Shown: one piece after another, positions 18,044 through 29,043 of the stretch | Layout: every line of letters begins with the position of its first letter | Position numbering within the stretch: position 1 is the first letter of the stretch | Assembly: GCF_051097895.1 (NCBI RefSeq) | Contig: NZ_CP142525.1 | Span: forward strand, 210,001 to 242,000 | Reading direction: 5' to 3' | DNA length: 32,000 nucleotides | Source: Psychrobacter sp. HD31 | GTDB taxonomy: Bacteria > Pseudomonadota > Gammaproteobacteria > Pseudomonadales > Moraxellaceae | Translations under genes and position numbers: made by a program | Notes under the pieces: model-generated | What the model saw: only the letters and a program-made list of their open reading frames with translations | What the model was told of the DNA's origin: nothing | The model's database searches: none

Positions 18044-18120
18044 GGGTCTATAGCTCAGCTGGTTAGAGCACCGTGTTGATAACGCGGGGGTCATAAGTTC
18101 AAGTCTTATTAGACCCACCA
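18044..18120 (+). tRNA. tRNA-Ile (GAT)
   Basis: GGGTCTATAGCTCAGCTGGTTAGAGCA...TTGATAA anticodon loop...GGTTCAAGTC-type T arm...TAGACCCACCA. 77 nt with an encoded CCA. Confidence 0.95.
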
Positions 18121-18121
18121 T

Positions 18122-18197
18122 GGGGCCATAGCTCAGTTGGTAGAGCGCCTGCCTTGCACGCAGGAGGTCAGGAGTTCGACTCTCCTTGGCTCCACCA
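18122..18197 (+). tRNA. tRNA-Ala (TGC)
   Basis: GGGGCCATAGCTCAGTTGGTAGAGCGCCTGCCTTGCACGCAGGAGGTCAGGAGTTCGACTCTCCTTGGCTCCACCA. 76 nt, with the G3:U70 identity pair. Only 1 nt separates it from tRNA-Ile. Confidence 0.95.
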
Positions 18198-18510
18198 TTA
18201 ATTTACAGATATAAGTAATTTGGGAAGATTATTTATATCTGTGAAAGCAGAAAGAACATGATGACTTGAAGAGAGCATCATAAACTATTTAACAACATAG
18301 AAATGAGTCTGGGTTAAACACACTGTTCCAACAAGAATGTGTTTAACCTGATAGTTAACGGAATGACATTGTAATGTTATCCCACCGTTAACTATCGAAA
18401 AGTAAAGAGAACTGAATCAAGCGCGTTATTTATTGGAAGATAGATAACAACACAAATGGTGATATCGTTAATTAAATTACCTATACATTGCAAACTATTT
18501 TGGATTGTAT

Positions 18511-21360
<2,850 letters not shown>

Positions 21361-21503
21361 ACAATACCAAAATGGTTTATATAGTTAATATAATTTCGAT
21401 ATCATCATAAGCTTGATATCAGATAATAATCTTGAAAGTCGAAAGACATATATAAAACTCATTTCTACTAGCAACCTAGTCGGTTGCTGTTGTTAAAACC
21501 CCT

Positions 21504-21620
21504 TCGCTGACGATAATAGCAAGATGGAACCACCTGATCCCTTCCCGAACTCAGAAGTGAAACGTCTTCGCGCCAATGGTAGTGTGGTTCGCCCATGTGA
21601 GAGTAGGTCATCGTCAGCTC
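21504..21620 (+). rRNA. rrf: 5S ribosomal RNA
   Basis: Helix I is GCTGACGA/TCGTCAGC. The conserved core CCGAACTCAGAAGTGAAACG and GGTAGTGTGG...CCCATGTGAGAGTAGG is present. Confidence 0.93.
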
Positions 21621-21648
21621 CTTATTCGTAACCCAACCGGTTACTCCA

Positions 21649-21686
21649 AAACCGCCCCGCTCACTGAGTGGGGCGGTTTTTTTGCT
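21649..21686 (+). terminator. rrn operon rho-independent terminator
   Basis: AAACCGCCCCgctcactgagtGGGGCGGTTTTTTT. Confidence 0.85.
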
Positions 21687-21745
21687 TGGTTTTTTATTGT
21701 TGTTTTTATCTAAATCTCAACGTATTAGTAAAACAATACTTTATT

Positions 21746-21764
21746 GATAAAGATTATCATTAGC
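21746..21764. promoter_or_regulatory. Fur box in the promoter of the TonB-dependent receptor gene
   Basis: GATAAAGATTATCATTAGC matches the Fur consensus GATAATGATAATCATTATC at 16/19 positions. It lies immediately upstream of a TATAAT (21767-21772). Confidence 0.65.
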
Positions 21765-21834
21765 GTTATAATGCGTTTTCAATTAGTAGTTCTAACAATT
21801 ATTTCTCCCTTAAAAATTCAAGTATGAGCAAAAA

Positions 21835-24800
21835 ATGAAACAGTTAACTACCCCAAAAGTTCTTTTAGCTGCCTCAATTAGTATGTTAATGCATGCTGCA
21901 GCTGCACAAACACCATTTAATGAAAATCAAGAAGAGATGCCATCAGCAACCTTAGAAACGATTGAGTTAGTTGCAAAGCGTGATTTACTCTTGACTGAGA
22001 TATCAGAAGAGGATGTTTATGATAAAAATGAGTCCAGTACTTATAAAGACAAAGAAGAGTTAGAACGTTTTATGGGCGAGTCACCAGCAGACATTTTTAA
22101 AGGCATGATAGGTGTAGAAAGTGGAGACGCTCGTAACAGTGGTGCAATTGATCCTAATGTAAGAGGGATTCAAGGTCAAGGACGAGTTCCTGTCACTATT
22201 GATGGTACGGAACAGGCAATTACAGTTTATCGTGGTTATAATGGTGCAAATAACCGTAACTACATAGATCCATTGTTAATTAGTAACGTAAAAGTTAGCA
22301 AAGGTCCTTCTATGGAAAAAGGAATTCGTTCATCGGTTGGGGGAGCTGTTACCATTAATACGTTAAATGTTGATGATGTATTAATAGGTGGTGAAAATTT
22401 TGGTTTTAGTATCAAAGGCATAGTTGGTAATAATGCTACAGATGCCAATGCTATTGACTATAATAGTGTGGATGTGATACATGCAGAAGATAACGACTTG
22501 TATCCAGTTCAAGATCAGTACAATCCGGATTTATATGAAGAAGGTAGTTACCAAAGGCAATCTGCTGAGCAGTTACGTGATATTTTTTTAAACCTCAGTG
22601 GAGAATTGCCAAGAAAATCTAACCTTGGTATTGAAACGAGTAAAGTAGCAGATAATCGCAGTAATCCTCTTTCTATTGGTGATAAGGCTGTTCGTATTGC
22701 TATGGCAGGAAGAAGTGAGATAGGAGGTATTAAAGTAGATGGTTTAGCCGCTTATACTCGTCGTAATCGTGGTAACTATTATGCTGGTAAGCATAATAGT
22801 GATGATTATCGTACTGATGTTGATAGAAATAACCGTAAGACAGGTGATTTTACTGCGTACATGGCAGATGTTTATCTGCCTGGTAGAGAAGTACCAAATA
22901 CTTCAAACGAAAGTGACTCTTACTTGCTCAAAGGGTCTATCCGTCCTAGTGATGATCAAGCAATTCAACTTGGTTATCGCCATAGTGAAACAACGTATGG
23001 TGATATTATGCCGTCAAGGGTTGCTGGTGAAAGCATAAAAGGTGGTCTTTATGATGTTACTGGACGCGTTCCACAGTGGCCATTAAGTAATGTCGAAATT
23101 GATGCTGCTAATATTAAATATCGCTTTGATCCCAAAAATAATAAATGGGTAGATTTAACAGCCAATCTTTGGCAAACAGAAAGTCAAATAAATAGTAATA
23201 ATTCAGGTGGGTATCCTTATTTTCTAGTTGGTCCACCCAGTTACTCAATATTTAGTAATCCTGATGCATTGACTGCTTATATTGATGCATTAACTGATAG
23301 ATATGGTGACAGGTTCCCTGAAGTTGCTAACTGCGGACAAAATCCATACAACTTATATAATCCTTATACTTTGTGTGGTCAGTTGAGTACGCTTTACGGT
23401 GCCAATACGATAAAAAAAGCGGATGCATATATGCAAACCCATAATGATAGAGTTGGCATTAGTTTAAGTAATACTGCACAAATTACTGATCAGCTAGATG
23501 CAACCGTATCTGGAAATTGGCAAAAAGAGAAATTAGAAACTGATGAAATACAAGATAAAGCAGCATTCAGCTTTGTCGCTTTACCTCGTAAGGGACGCCG
23601 TGAGGAATGGAATATTGGTACAGTTCTGAATTGGCAACCATCAGACAAGTGGCGAGTACAAGCAGGGCTAGACTATAAAGAGTATTGGACTTTTGATGAT
23701 TTAGTAAATGAAGGTAGAAAAGAGGGGAAATATCCTAATAAAGGGCAAAAGCTATCTGGTATTAAAATAAATTATTATGAGAAAGCCAATCAAACCATTC
23801 AAGATGCCTATCAGTCTTATAAAAATGGTGATTCTAGTTACTATGACTATACTAACACCTTTAGAAATGAAACAGGTAGCTATCCTAACTATGGTTCTGC
23901 ACAGGGTGAGGTGAGTGATATTGAAGGTGGAAATGAAGGCACCATATACCTTAAGAAAGATTTTGTTTGGCAGGCGGATGATAAAGGTAATCTGAGCCGA
24001 GATAGCAACATATTCTTTAATGGCGAAGCTAAGGCAAATGGTTGGCTTCCTCCTGCTAAGCTAAAAGAGATTGGTACTTCAGGCGTATTAAAGGGTAGTG
24101 GAGGTGGCATCCCTATTTATGAAGACTCAACAGTAGGCGATCGACTCCAATCTTTACAAAAAGTAAAAGATCATGCTTTAGATCCTAGTCTGGCGTTGTC
24201 GTATAAAATTAATGACGGTGCGCGTGTTTATGCTCGTTATGCTCAAACCACACGTATGCCAAGCATATATGAGGCAACCTTAGGTTTTTCTTTATTACCT
24301 GGTGGTTTTGGAGAACATGTTGATGACTCTAGTCCTGTTAAACCAGAAAAAGGTACTAACTTTGAGATTGGCTATGTACAAGACTTAACTCCTTGGTTGA
24401 AAGATGCTCGTCATGCTGATTTTAAATTAGCATTCTTCAACAACCGTATTGATGATGTGATAGATCGTAATGCTGAGTTTAAATTACAAAATTTTGATCA
24501 TCAAACCATACAGGGGCTGGAAGTACAAAGTAGATATGATAATGGCGATTGGTTTGGCGATTTAAGTTTTACTCACAACTTTAAAAATGAAGTATGCGAT
24601 GCACAATATGCCATGCAAGAAGACCCTTATTATGGGCAAGTACCAGATTGTGTTAAATATGGTTTTAATTTTGGATATTTACAAAACATGGGACAGCCAG
24701 ATTGGCAAACTGATTTGACATTAGGTAAGCGTTTGATGGATGAGAAGCTTACCATTGGTACACGATTACATTATCATTCTGGTGCTGATAAAGAAATGAA

Positions 24801-25032
24801 TGTCAGCAATTATGGTAATAGTAATGAAGGTGTCTCTATATTTAATACGCCATTAGATTGGTCAGATGTTCTAACAGTTGATGGTTTTATGAACTATAAA
24901 GTAAATGATAATATGTTTTTTGAGTTAACTGGAGCTAATTTAACAGATCAATACTATATTGATCCATTGAGTCGATCGTTGATGCCAGCACCTGGAAGAA
25001 GCGTAACCGCGAAAGCAGAGTTTAAGTTTTAG
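21835..25032 (+). CDS. TonB-dependent outer-membrane receptor (large, 1065 aa; substrate unknown, probably iron/heme-related)
   Basis: Signal peptide ...MHAAAAQ, a TonB-box-like ETIELVA, a plug-domain motif (VRGIQGQGRVPVTIDGTEQ...VKVSKGPS), a long beta-barrel region and a C-terminal ...AKAEFKF with terminal Phe. A Fur box lies upstream. Confidence 0.9.
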   Translation: MKQLTTPKVLLAASISMLMHAAAAQTPFNENQEEMPSATLETIELVAKRDLLLTEISEEDVYDKNESSTYKDKEELERFMGESPADIFKGMIGVESGDARNSGAIDPNVRGIQGQGRVPVTIDGTEQAITVYRGYNGANNRNYIDPLLISNVKVSKGPSMEKGIRSSVGGAVTINTLNVDDVLIGGENFGFSIKGIVGNNATDANAIDYNSVDVIHAEDNDLYPVQDQYNPDLYEEGSYQRQSAEQLRDIFLNLSGELPRKSNLGIETSKVADNRSNPLSIGDKAVRIAMAGRSEIGGIKVDGLAAYTRRNRGNYYAGKHNSDDYRTDVDRNNRKTGDFTAYMADVYLPGREVPNTSNESDSYLLKGSIRPSDDQAIQLGYRHSETTYGDIMPSRVAGESIKGGLYDVTGRVPQWPLSNVEIDAANIKYRFDPKNNKWVDLTANLWQTESQINSNNSGGYPYFLVGPPSYSIFSNPDALTAYIDALTDRYGDRFPEVANCGQNPYNLYNPYTLCGQLSTLYGANTIKKADAYMQTHNDRVGISLSNTAQITDQLDATVSGNWQKEKLETDEIQDKAAFSFVALPRKGRREEWNIGTVLNWQPSDKWRVQAGLDYKEYWTFDDLVNEGRKEGKYPNKGQKLSGIKINYYEKANQTIQDAYQSYKNGDSSYYDYTNTFRNETGSYPNYGSAQGEVSDIEGGNEGTIYLKKDFVWQADDKGNLSRDSNIFFNGEAKANGWLPPAKLKEIGTSGVLKGSGGGIPIYEDSTVGDRLQSLQKVKDHALDPSLALSYKINDGARVYARYAQTTRMPSIYEATLGFSLLPGGFGEHVDDSSPVKPEKGTNFEIGYVQDLTPWLKDARHADFKLAFFNNRIDDVIDRNAEFKLQNFDHQTIQGLEVQSRYDNGDWFGDLSFTHNFKNEVCDAQYAMQEDPYYGQVPDCVKYGFNFGYLQNMGQPDWQTDLTLGKRLMDEKLTIGTRLHYHSGADKEMNVSNYGNSNEGVSIFNTPLDWSDVLTVDGFMNYKVNDNMFFELTGANLTDQYYIDPLSRSLMPAPGRSVTAKAEFKF

Positions 25033-25076
25033 TAATATATAATTGTCTCATTCTAGAAATTAGAATTGCTTCTCAT

Positions 25077-25126
25077 CAATGGTAGTGTGCTTTTCCCATG
25101 TGAGAGTAGATGGTAATCGTCAGCTC
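25077..25126 (+). pseudogene. Truncated 5S rRNA fragment (3' ~50 nt only)
   Basis: CAATGGTAGTGTGcttttCCCATGTGAGAGTAGatggtaATCGTCAGCTC aligns with 5S positions 21575-21620. The 5' two-thirds of 5S are absent. Confidence 0.8.
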
Positions 25127-25153
25127 ATTATTCCGTAACCTAACAGTTACACC

Positions 25154-25190
25154 AAAACCACCCCTTGCGTTAGTGAGGGGCGGTTTTTTT
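25154..25190 (+). terminator. Second copy of the rrn-type terminator
   Basis: AAAACCACCCCTtgcgttagtgAGGGGCGGTTTTTTT, homologous to 21649-21686. Confidence 0.75.
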
Positions 25191-25304
25191 GGGCTTAGTT
25201 TTATATCAATTTAGTTTTTGCTACTTATAATTTAACAATAAGCACTTTTACATCGCTATTGCTGCCTGATACTATTCTATTGTATTAGCTTAAATAAAGG
25301 TTAT

Positions 25305-25340
25305 TAAAAAAGCCTCTAAATATTCTTAGAGGCTTTTTTA
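25305..25340. terminator. Bidirectional terminator hairpin (serves the thiolase gene on the minus strand)
   Basis: AAAAAAGCCTCTAAatattcTTAGAGGCTTTTTT. Confidence 0.8.
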
Positions 25341-25355
25341 AAGATAAACCTTATC

Positions 25356-26651
25356 TTATCTTTCTAAAATACAAGTAACGCCTTGACCACCTGCGGCACA
25401 AATAGAAATAAGAGCGCGACCACCACCTTTTTGATCAAGTAATTTAGCGGCAGTGGCAAGAATACGCCCACCAGTGGCCGCAAAAGGGTGACCAGCTGCT
25501 AGTGATGAACCATTGACATTAAGTTTACTTCTATCGATTGAGCCTAATGGTGCCTCTAGTCCTAATCTTTCTTGACAGAAAGTATCATCTTCCCATGCTT
25601 TAAGTGTAGATAGAACTTGTGAAGCAAAAGCTTCATGGATTTCATAAAAATCAAAATCTTGTAAAGTTAATCCAGCACGTTGCAACATTCGTGGAACAGC
25701 ATAAGCTGGCGCCATTAATAACCCTTCTGTCACACCAGATTTGCCGATAAAGTCTACTGCTGCTGTTTCATGATGCGTAATATAAGCTAAAGGACGTAAG
25801 CCATTTTGTTCTGCCCATTCTTCACTACCAATTAAAACACATGAAGCACCATCTGTTAATGGCGTTGAGTTAGCGGCTGTCATCGTTGGATTTGCATTCT
25901 TTTTACCAAAAACAGGCTTAAGTGTTGCAAGTTTTTCTAGGCTGCTATCTGGGCGTAAGTTGTTGTCACGGGTTAAGCCTTTAAATGGTGTCATTAAATC
26001 TGCCATAAAGCCTTCTTCGTATGCACGAGCTAAGTTTTTGTGGCTATTAACTGCTAGCTCATCTTGCTCTTCACGTGTGACACCCCACTCAAGTGTGGTG
26101 ATTGCTTGATGATCACCCATTGATAACTTGGTACGCGGTTCTCCATTTTGCGGTGGATCAATTAAATCCTTTGGATTAATACCCATCAATGCTTGCATGC
26201 GTTGTTTGCCAGTTTTAGCAGCACCAAGTTTAATAATGGCTTTACGTAAGCTATCACCAACAGCAATTGGAGCATCAGAAGTGGTATCAACACCACCTGT
26301 GATGGCAGAATCAATAATGCCTAACGCAATTTTATTTGCTGCTGCAAATGTTGACTGTAAACCAGTACCACATGCTTGTGAAATATCATAGGCAGGTGTT
26401 GCAGGTGATAGGGCGGTGTTTAATGCTGCTTCACGTGTTAGATTAAGGTCACGACTATGTTTTAACACAGCACCTGCAACCACTTCGCCAATTTGCTTAC
26501 CTTGCAAATCATAACGTTCTACAAGACCATTTAATGCGGCTGTTAGCATATCAAGGTTACTTGCATTGGCATAAGGACCATTTGAACGTGCAAATGGAAT
26601 GCGGTTTGCACCCAAAATGGCAACTTTGCGAATCGTATTATTGTCTGACAT
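25356..26651 (-). CDS. Acetyl-CoA C-acyltransferase (thiolase family)
   Basis: 431 aa. Active-site Cys region DISQACGTGLQS, the C-terminal thiolase signatures NVNGSSLAAGHPFAATG and CAAGGQG. Confidence 0.9.
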   Translation of the reverse strand: MSDNNTIRKVAILGANRIPFARSNGPYANASNLDMLTAALNGLVERYDLQGKQIGEVVAGAVLKHSRDLNLTREAALNTALSPATPAYDISQACGTGLQSTFAAANKIALGIIDSAITGGVDTTSDAPIAVGDSLRKAIIKLGAAKTGKQRMQALMGINPKDLIDPPQNGEPRTKLSMGDHQAITTLEWGVTREEQDELAVNSHKNLARAYEEGFMADLMTPFKGLTRDNNLRPDSSLEKLATLKPVFGKKNANPTMTAANSTPLTDGASCVLIGSEEWAEQNGLRPLAYITHHETAAVDFIGKSGVTEGLLMAPAYAVPRMLQRAGLTLQDFDFYEIHEAFASQVLSTLKAWEDDTFCQERLGLEAPLGSIDRSKLNVNGSSLAAGHPFAATGGRILATAAKLLDQKGGGRALISICAAGGQGVTCILER

Positions 26652-26923
26652 GAAATATCCTTTATTAATTGATTGGGTGTTAAGTTAACAAACAAAAATT
26701 TTGCAAATCGATTTTAGCATATGTCTATTAGTTGGCAAGCGTAAAGCATGAACGCATCATTTAGTATTAGATTTGGTTGTTTCATCTTTACTATTATTTT
26801 TTGTGAATTAGCCAGTCTAAACATATTACATCGTAATACTTGAAAGATGGCGTAAATAACTGCATTATTATGACTATAGATTTTAACTAAACAACAATTT
26901 TATTTTATTGAAGGAAGTATACG

Positions 26924-28324
26924 ATGAGTGATCGTTATGGAAGTTTTATTCAATCACCAATGGGTCAAACTGTTGCCAAAAACTTAGGCTTACCTATGCC
27001 TATGAAGCTAGATAGATATAAAAAAGGATCAGCACTTGCTGGTGGTGACGTGTTAGTTGGTGTTGCGTCTGGCGATGATAACAAAGTAAGTGACGCTATT
27101 GCCCGGGTTGTGGTTGAAGCCAAAGCAAATGTTTTTGTAACAAAAGCAGGTGCTTTAAAAGCAAAACTTGATGAAGCTGGCGCAAAAGTACAAGAATACA
27201 CCGGTGGTGCAGATAAATATAAAGTTACTATTTTTGATGCAACTAATATTAAAAATGCAGAAGACTTAAAAGAGGTTTATGAGTTTTTCCATCCTATTGC
27301 CCGCCGTGTGGAAAAATCTGGTCGAGTTATTATCATTGGTAGACCACCAGAAGAAATTGAAGACATCGAGTTTGCAATTGCTCAACGCTCTTTAGAAGGG
27401 TTTATAAAGTCTGTTGGTAAAGAGTTTAAAAAAGGCATTACGGCACAGCTTGTTTATGTTAGCGAAGGGCAAGAATCTAACCTCGATTCAACTTTACGCT
27501 TCTTTATGTCAGCACGTTCGGCTTATGTATCTGGTCAGGTGGTTAGAGTCGGTGCAGGTGAATCGCTAGCAATTAATTGGGATCAACCATTGGCTGGTAA
27601 AACTATGGTTGTAACCGGTGCTAGCCGTGGTATTGGTAAGTCAATCGCACAAACTTTGGCACGTGATGGTGCTTACGTTATTTGTTTAGATATCCCACCA
27701 TTGTTAGAGGACTTGCAAAAAGTTGCTGGTGAAATTGGCGGTGCAAGCTTAGCTGCTGATATTACTGCCGAAGATGCTGGTGAAAAAATTGCTGCAGAAG
27801 CAGCCAAGCATAATGGCTTAGATGCAATTATCCATAACGCGGGTGTTACTCGAGATAAAACACTGGCAAAAATGGATGAAAAAAGATGGGATATGGTGAT
27901 AGATATTAACTTAGCAAGTATTGCCCGTGTTAATAAATACCTATTAGATAACAATGCGTTAACGGATAACGCACGTATTGTTTGCGTGTCTTCGATTTCT
28001 GGTATTGCTGGTAACTTAGGGCAAACAAACTATGCCACTTCAAAAGCTGGTGTAATCGGGCTAGTAAATGCAACGGCAAAACAATTTGCAAAATCTGATC
28101 AAGGTATGACAATTAATGCGGTGGCACCAGGGTTTATTGAAACACAAATGACGGCTCAAATACCATTTGCGATTCGTGAAGCGGGTCGTCGTATGAATTC
28201 GATGAGCCAAGGTGGTTTGCCAGTAGATGTTGCAGAAACCATTGCATGGTTTGCGTCACCGGCATCAGGTGGTGTTAATGGCAATGTTGTGCGTGTTTGT
28301 GGTCAAAGCCTATTAGGTGCATAA
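26924..28324 (+). CDS. High-molecular-weight FabG-type 3-oxoacyl reductase (two-domain SDR, FabG4-like)
   Basis: 466 aa. A non-catalytic N-terminal ~215-aa domain is followed by a classical SDR domain: VTGASRGIGKSIA, HNAGVT and S...YATSKAGVIG. It is divergent from the thiolase gene. Confidence 0.85.
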   Translation: MSDRYGSFIQSPMGQTVAKNLGLPMPMKLDRYKKGSALAGGDVLVGVASGDDNKVSDAIARVVVEAKANVFVTKAGALKAKLDEAGAKVQEYTGGADKYKVTIFDATNIKNAEDLKEVYEFFHPIARRVEKSGRVIIIGRPPEEIEDIEFAIAQRSLEGFIKSVGKEFKKGITAQLVYVSEGQESNLDSTLRFFMSARSAYVSGQVVRVGAGESLAINWDQPLAGKTMVVTGASRGIGKSIAQTLARDGAYVICLDIPPLLEDLQKVAGEIGGASLAADITAEDAGEKIAAEAAKHNGLDAIIHNAGVTRDKTLAKMDEKRWDMVIDINLASIARVNKYLLDNNALTDNARIVCVSSISGIAGNLGQTNYATSKAGVIGLVNATAKQFAKSDQGMTINAVAPGFIETQMTAQIPFAIREAGRRMNSMSQGGLPVDVAETIAWFASPASGGVNGNVVRVCGQSLLGA

Positions 28325-28374
28325 CACTTACACTTTTGGCTAGATGGCTAGCCATCTCAACTTATTTGTTATAT

Positions 28375-28411
28375 TAAAAAAGGGCTCGATTTATTAATCA
28401 AGCCCTTTTTT
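28375..28411. terminator. Bidirectional terminator between the reductase gene and greA
   Basis: AAAAAAGGGCTCGATttattaATCAAGCCCTTTTTT. Confidence 0.8.
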
Positions 28412-28494
28412 AATATCAGTTTTTTAGTAGGTGTGAGTTAGTATTATAGCTAACCAATTGCTTAGCAATATAGCAGTAATACTAATCAACCGCT

Positions 28495-28971
28495 TTACTG
28501 ATAAATCACTTCCATAATTTCATATTCTACAACGCCACTTGGCGTTTCGATACGAGCTTCATCGCCTTCAGATTTACCAATTAAGCCACGAGCAATCGGA
28601 GAATTAATAGAAATCTTAGCGGCTTTAAAATCAGCTTCATCATCACCAACAATTTTATAGCGTTTTTCTTCTTCGGTATCCAAGTTTTCGATAACAACGG
28701 TAACACCAAAAACCACACGTCCATCATTTGGCAAACTTGCTGGATCGATTACTTGAGCGCCACCCAGTTTTGCCTCAATATCACGGATGCGTGCTTCACA
28801 AAAACCTTGTTGCTCACGGGCAGCATGATACTCGGCATTTTCTTTTAAATCGCCGTGTTCACGTGCTTCGGCAATAGAAGCAGTAATACGCGGGCGGTCG
28901 ACAGTTTTAAGTTGCTTTAGCTCTTCTTCCAAAGCGGCATGACCTTGTGGTGTCATAGGGAAGCGTTGCAT
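28495..28971 (-). CDS. greA: Transcription elongation factor GreA
   Basis: 158 aa. [17 protein letters not shown]...[19 protein letters not shown] is the canonical GreA coiled-coil N-terminus. Confidence 0.95.
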   Translation of the reverse strand: MQRFPMTPQGHAALEEELKQLKTVDRPRITASIAEAREHGDLKENAEYHAAREQQGFCEARIRDIEAKLGGAQVIDPASLPNDGRVVFGVTVVIENLDTEEEKRYKIVGDDEADFKAAKISINSPIARGLIGKSEGDEARIETPSGVVEYEIMEVIYQ

Positions 28972-28984
28972 AATAAATCCTCTT

Positions 28985-29026
28985 GTAAAACAAAAATAAA
29001 CACCACCTCGATGAGATGGTGTCTGT
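28985..29026 (-). terminator. Rho-independent terminator after carB
   Basis: The minus strand reads ACACCATCTCatcGAGGTGGTGT followed by TTATTTTTGTTTT. Confidence 0.7.
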
Positions 29027-29043
29027 TTACTTAATTTAGTAAA

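Noticed and set aside
18120-18122. Only 1 nt separates tRNA-Ile from tRNA-Ala
   Set aside because: The spacing is unusually tight, but both tRNAs are complete with their own CCA. This is most likely normal ITS variation without functional implication.
21835-25032. Phase-variable homopolymer or tetranucleotide tracts in or upstream of the TonB-dependent receptor gene
   Set aside because: I saw no long poly-G/C or short tandem repeat tract in the promoter or the 5' coding region.
25200-25210. TTTATATCAAT, the first 11 nt of the 40-bp box, also occurs right after the second 5S/terminator copy
   Set aside because: It is a short AT-rich 11-mer in an AT-rich genome, the similarity does not extend beyond it, and a chance match is plausible.
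28343-28356. Perfect 14-bp palindrome GATGGCTAGCCATC just after the reductase stop codon
   Set aside because: It is isolated, has no partner site, and lies next to a clear terminator. It is probably part of the 3' UTR structure, and I cannot assign a binding protein.
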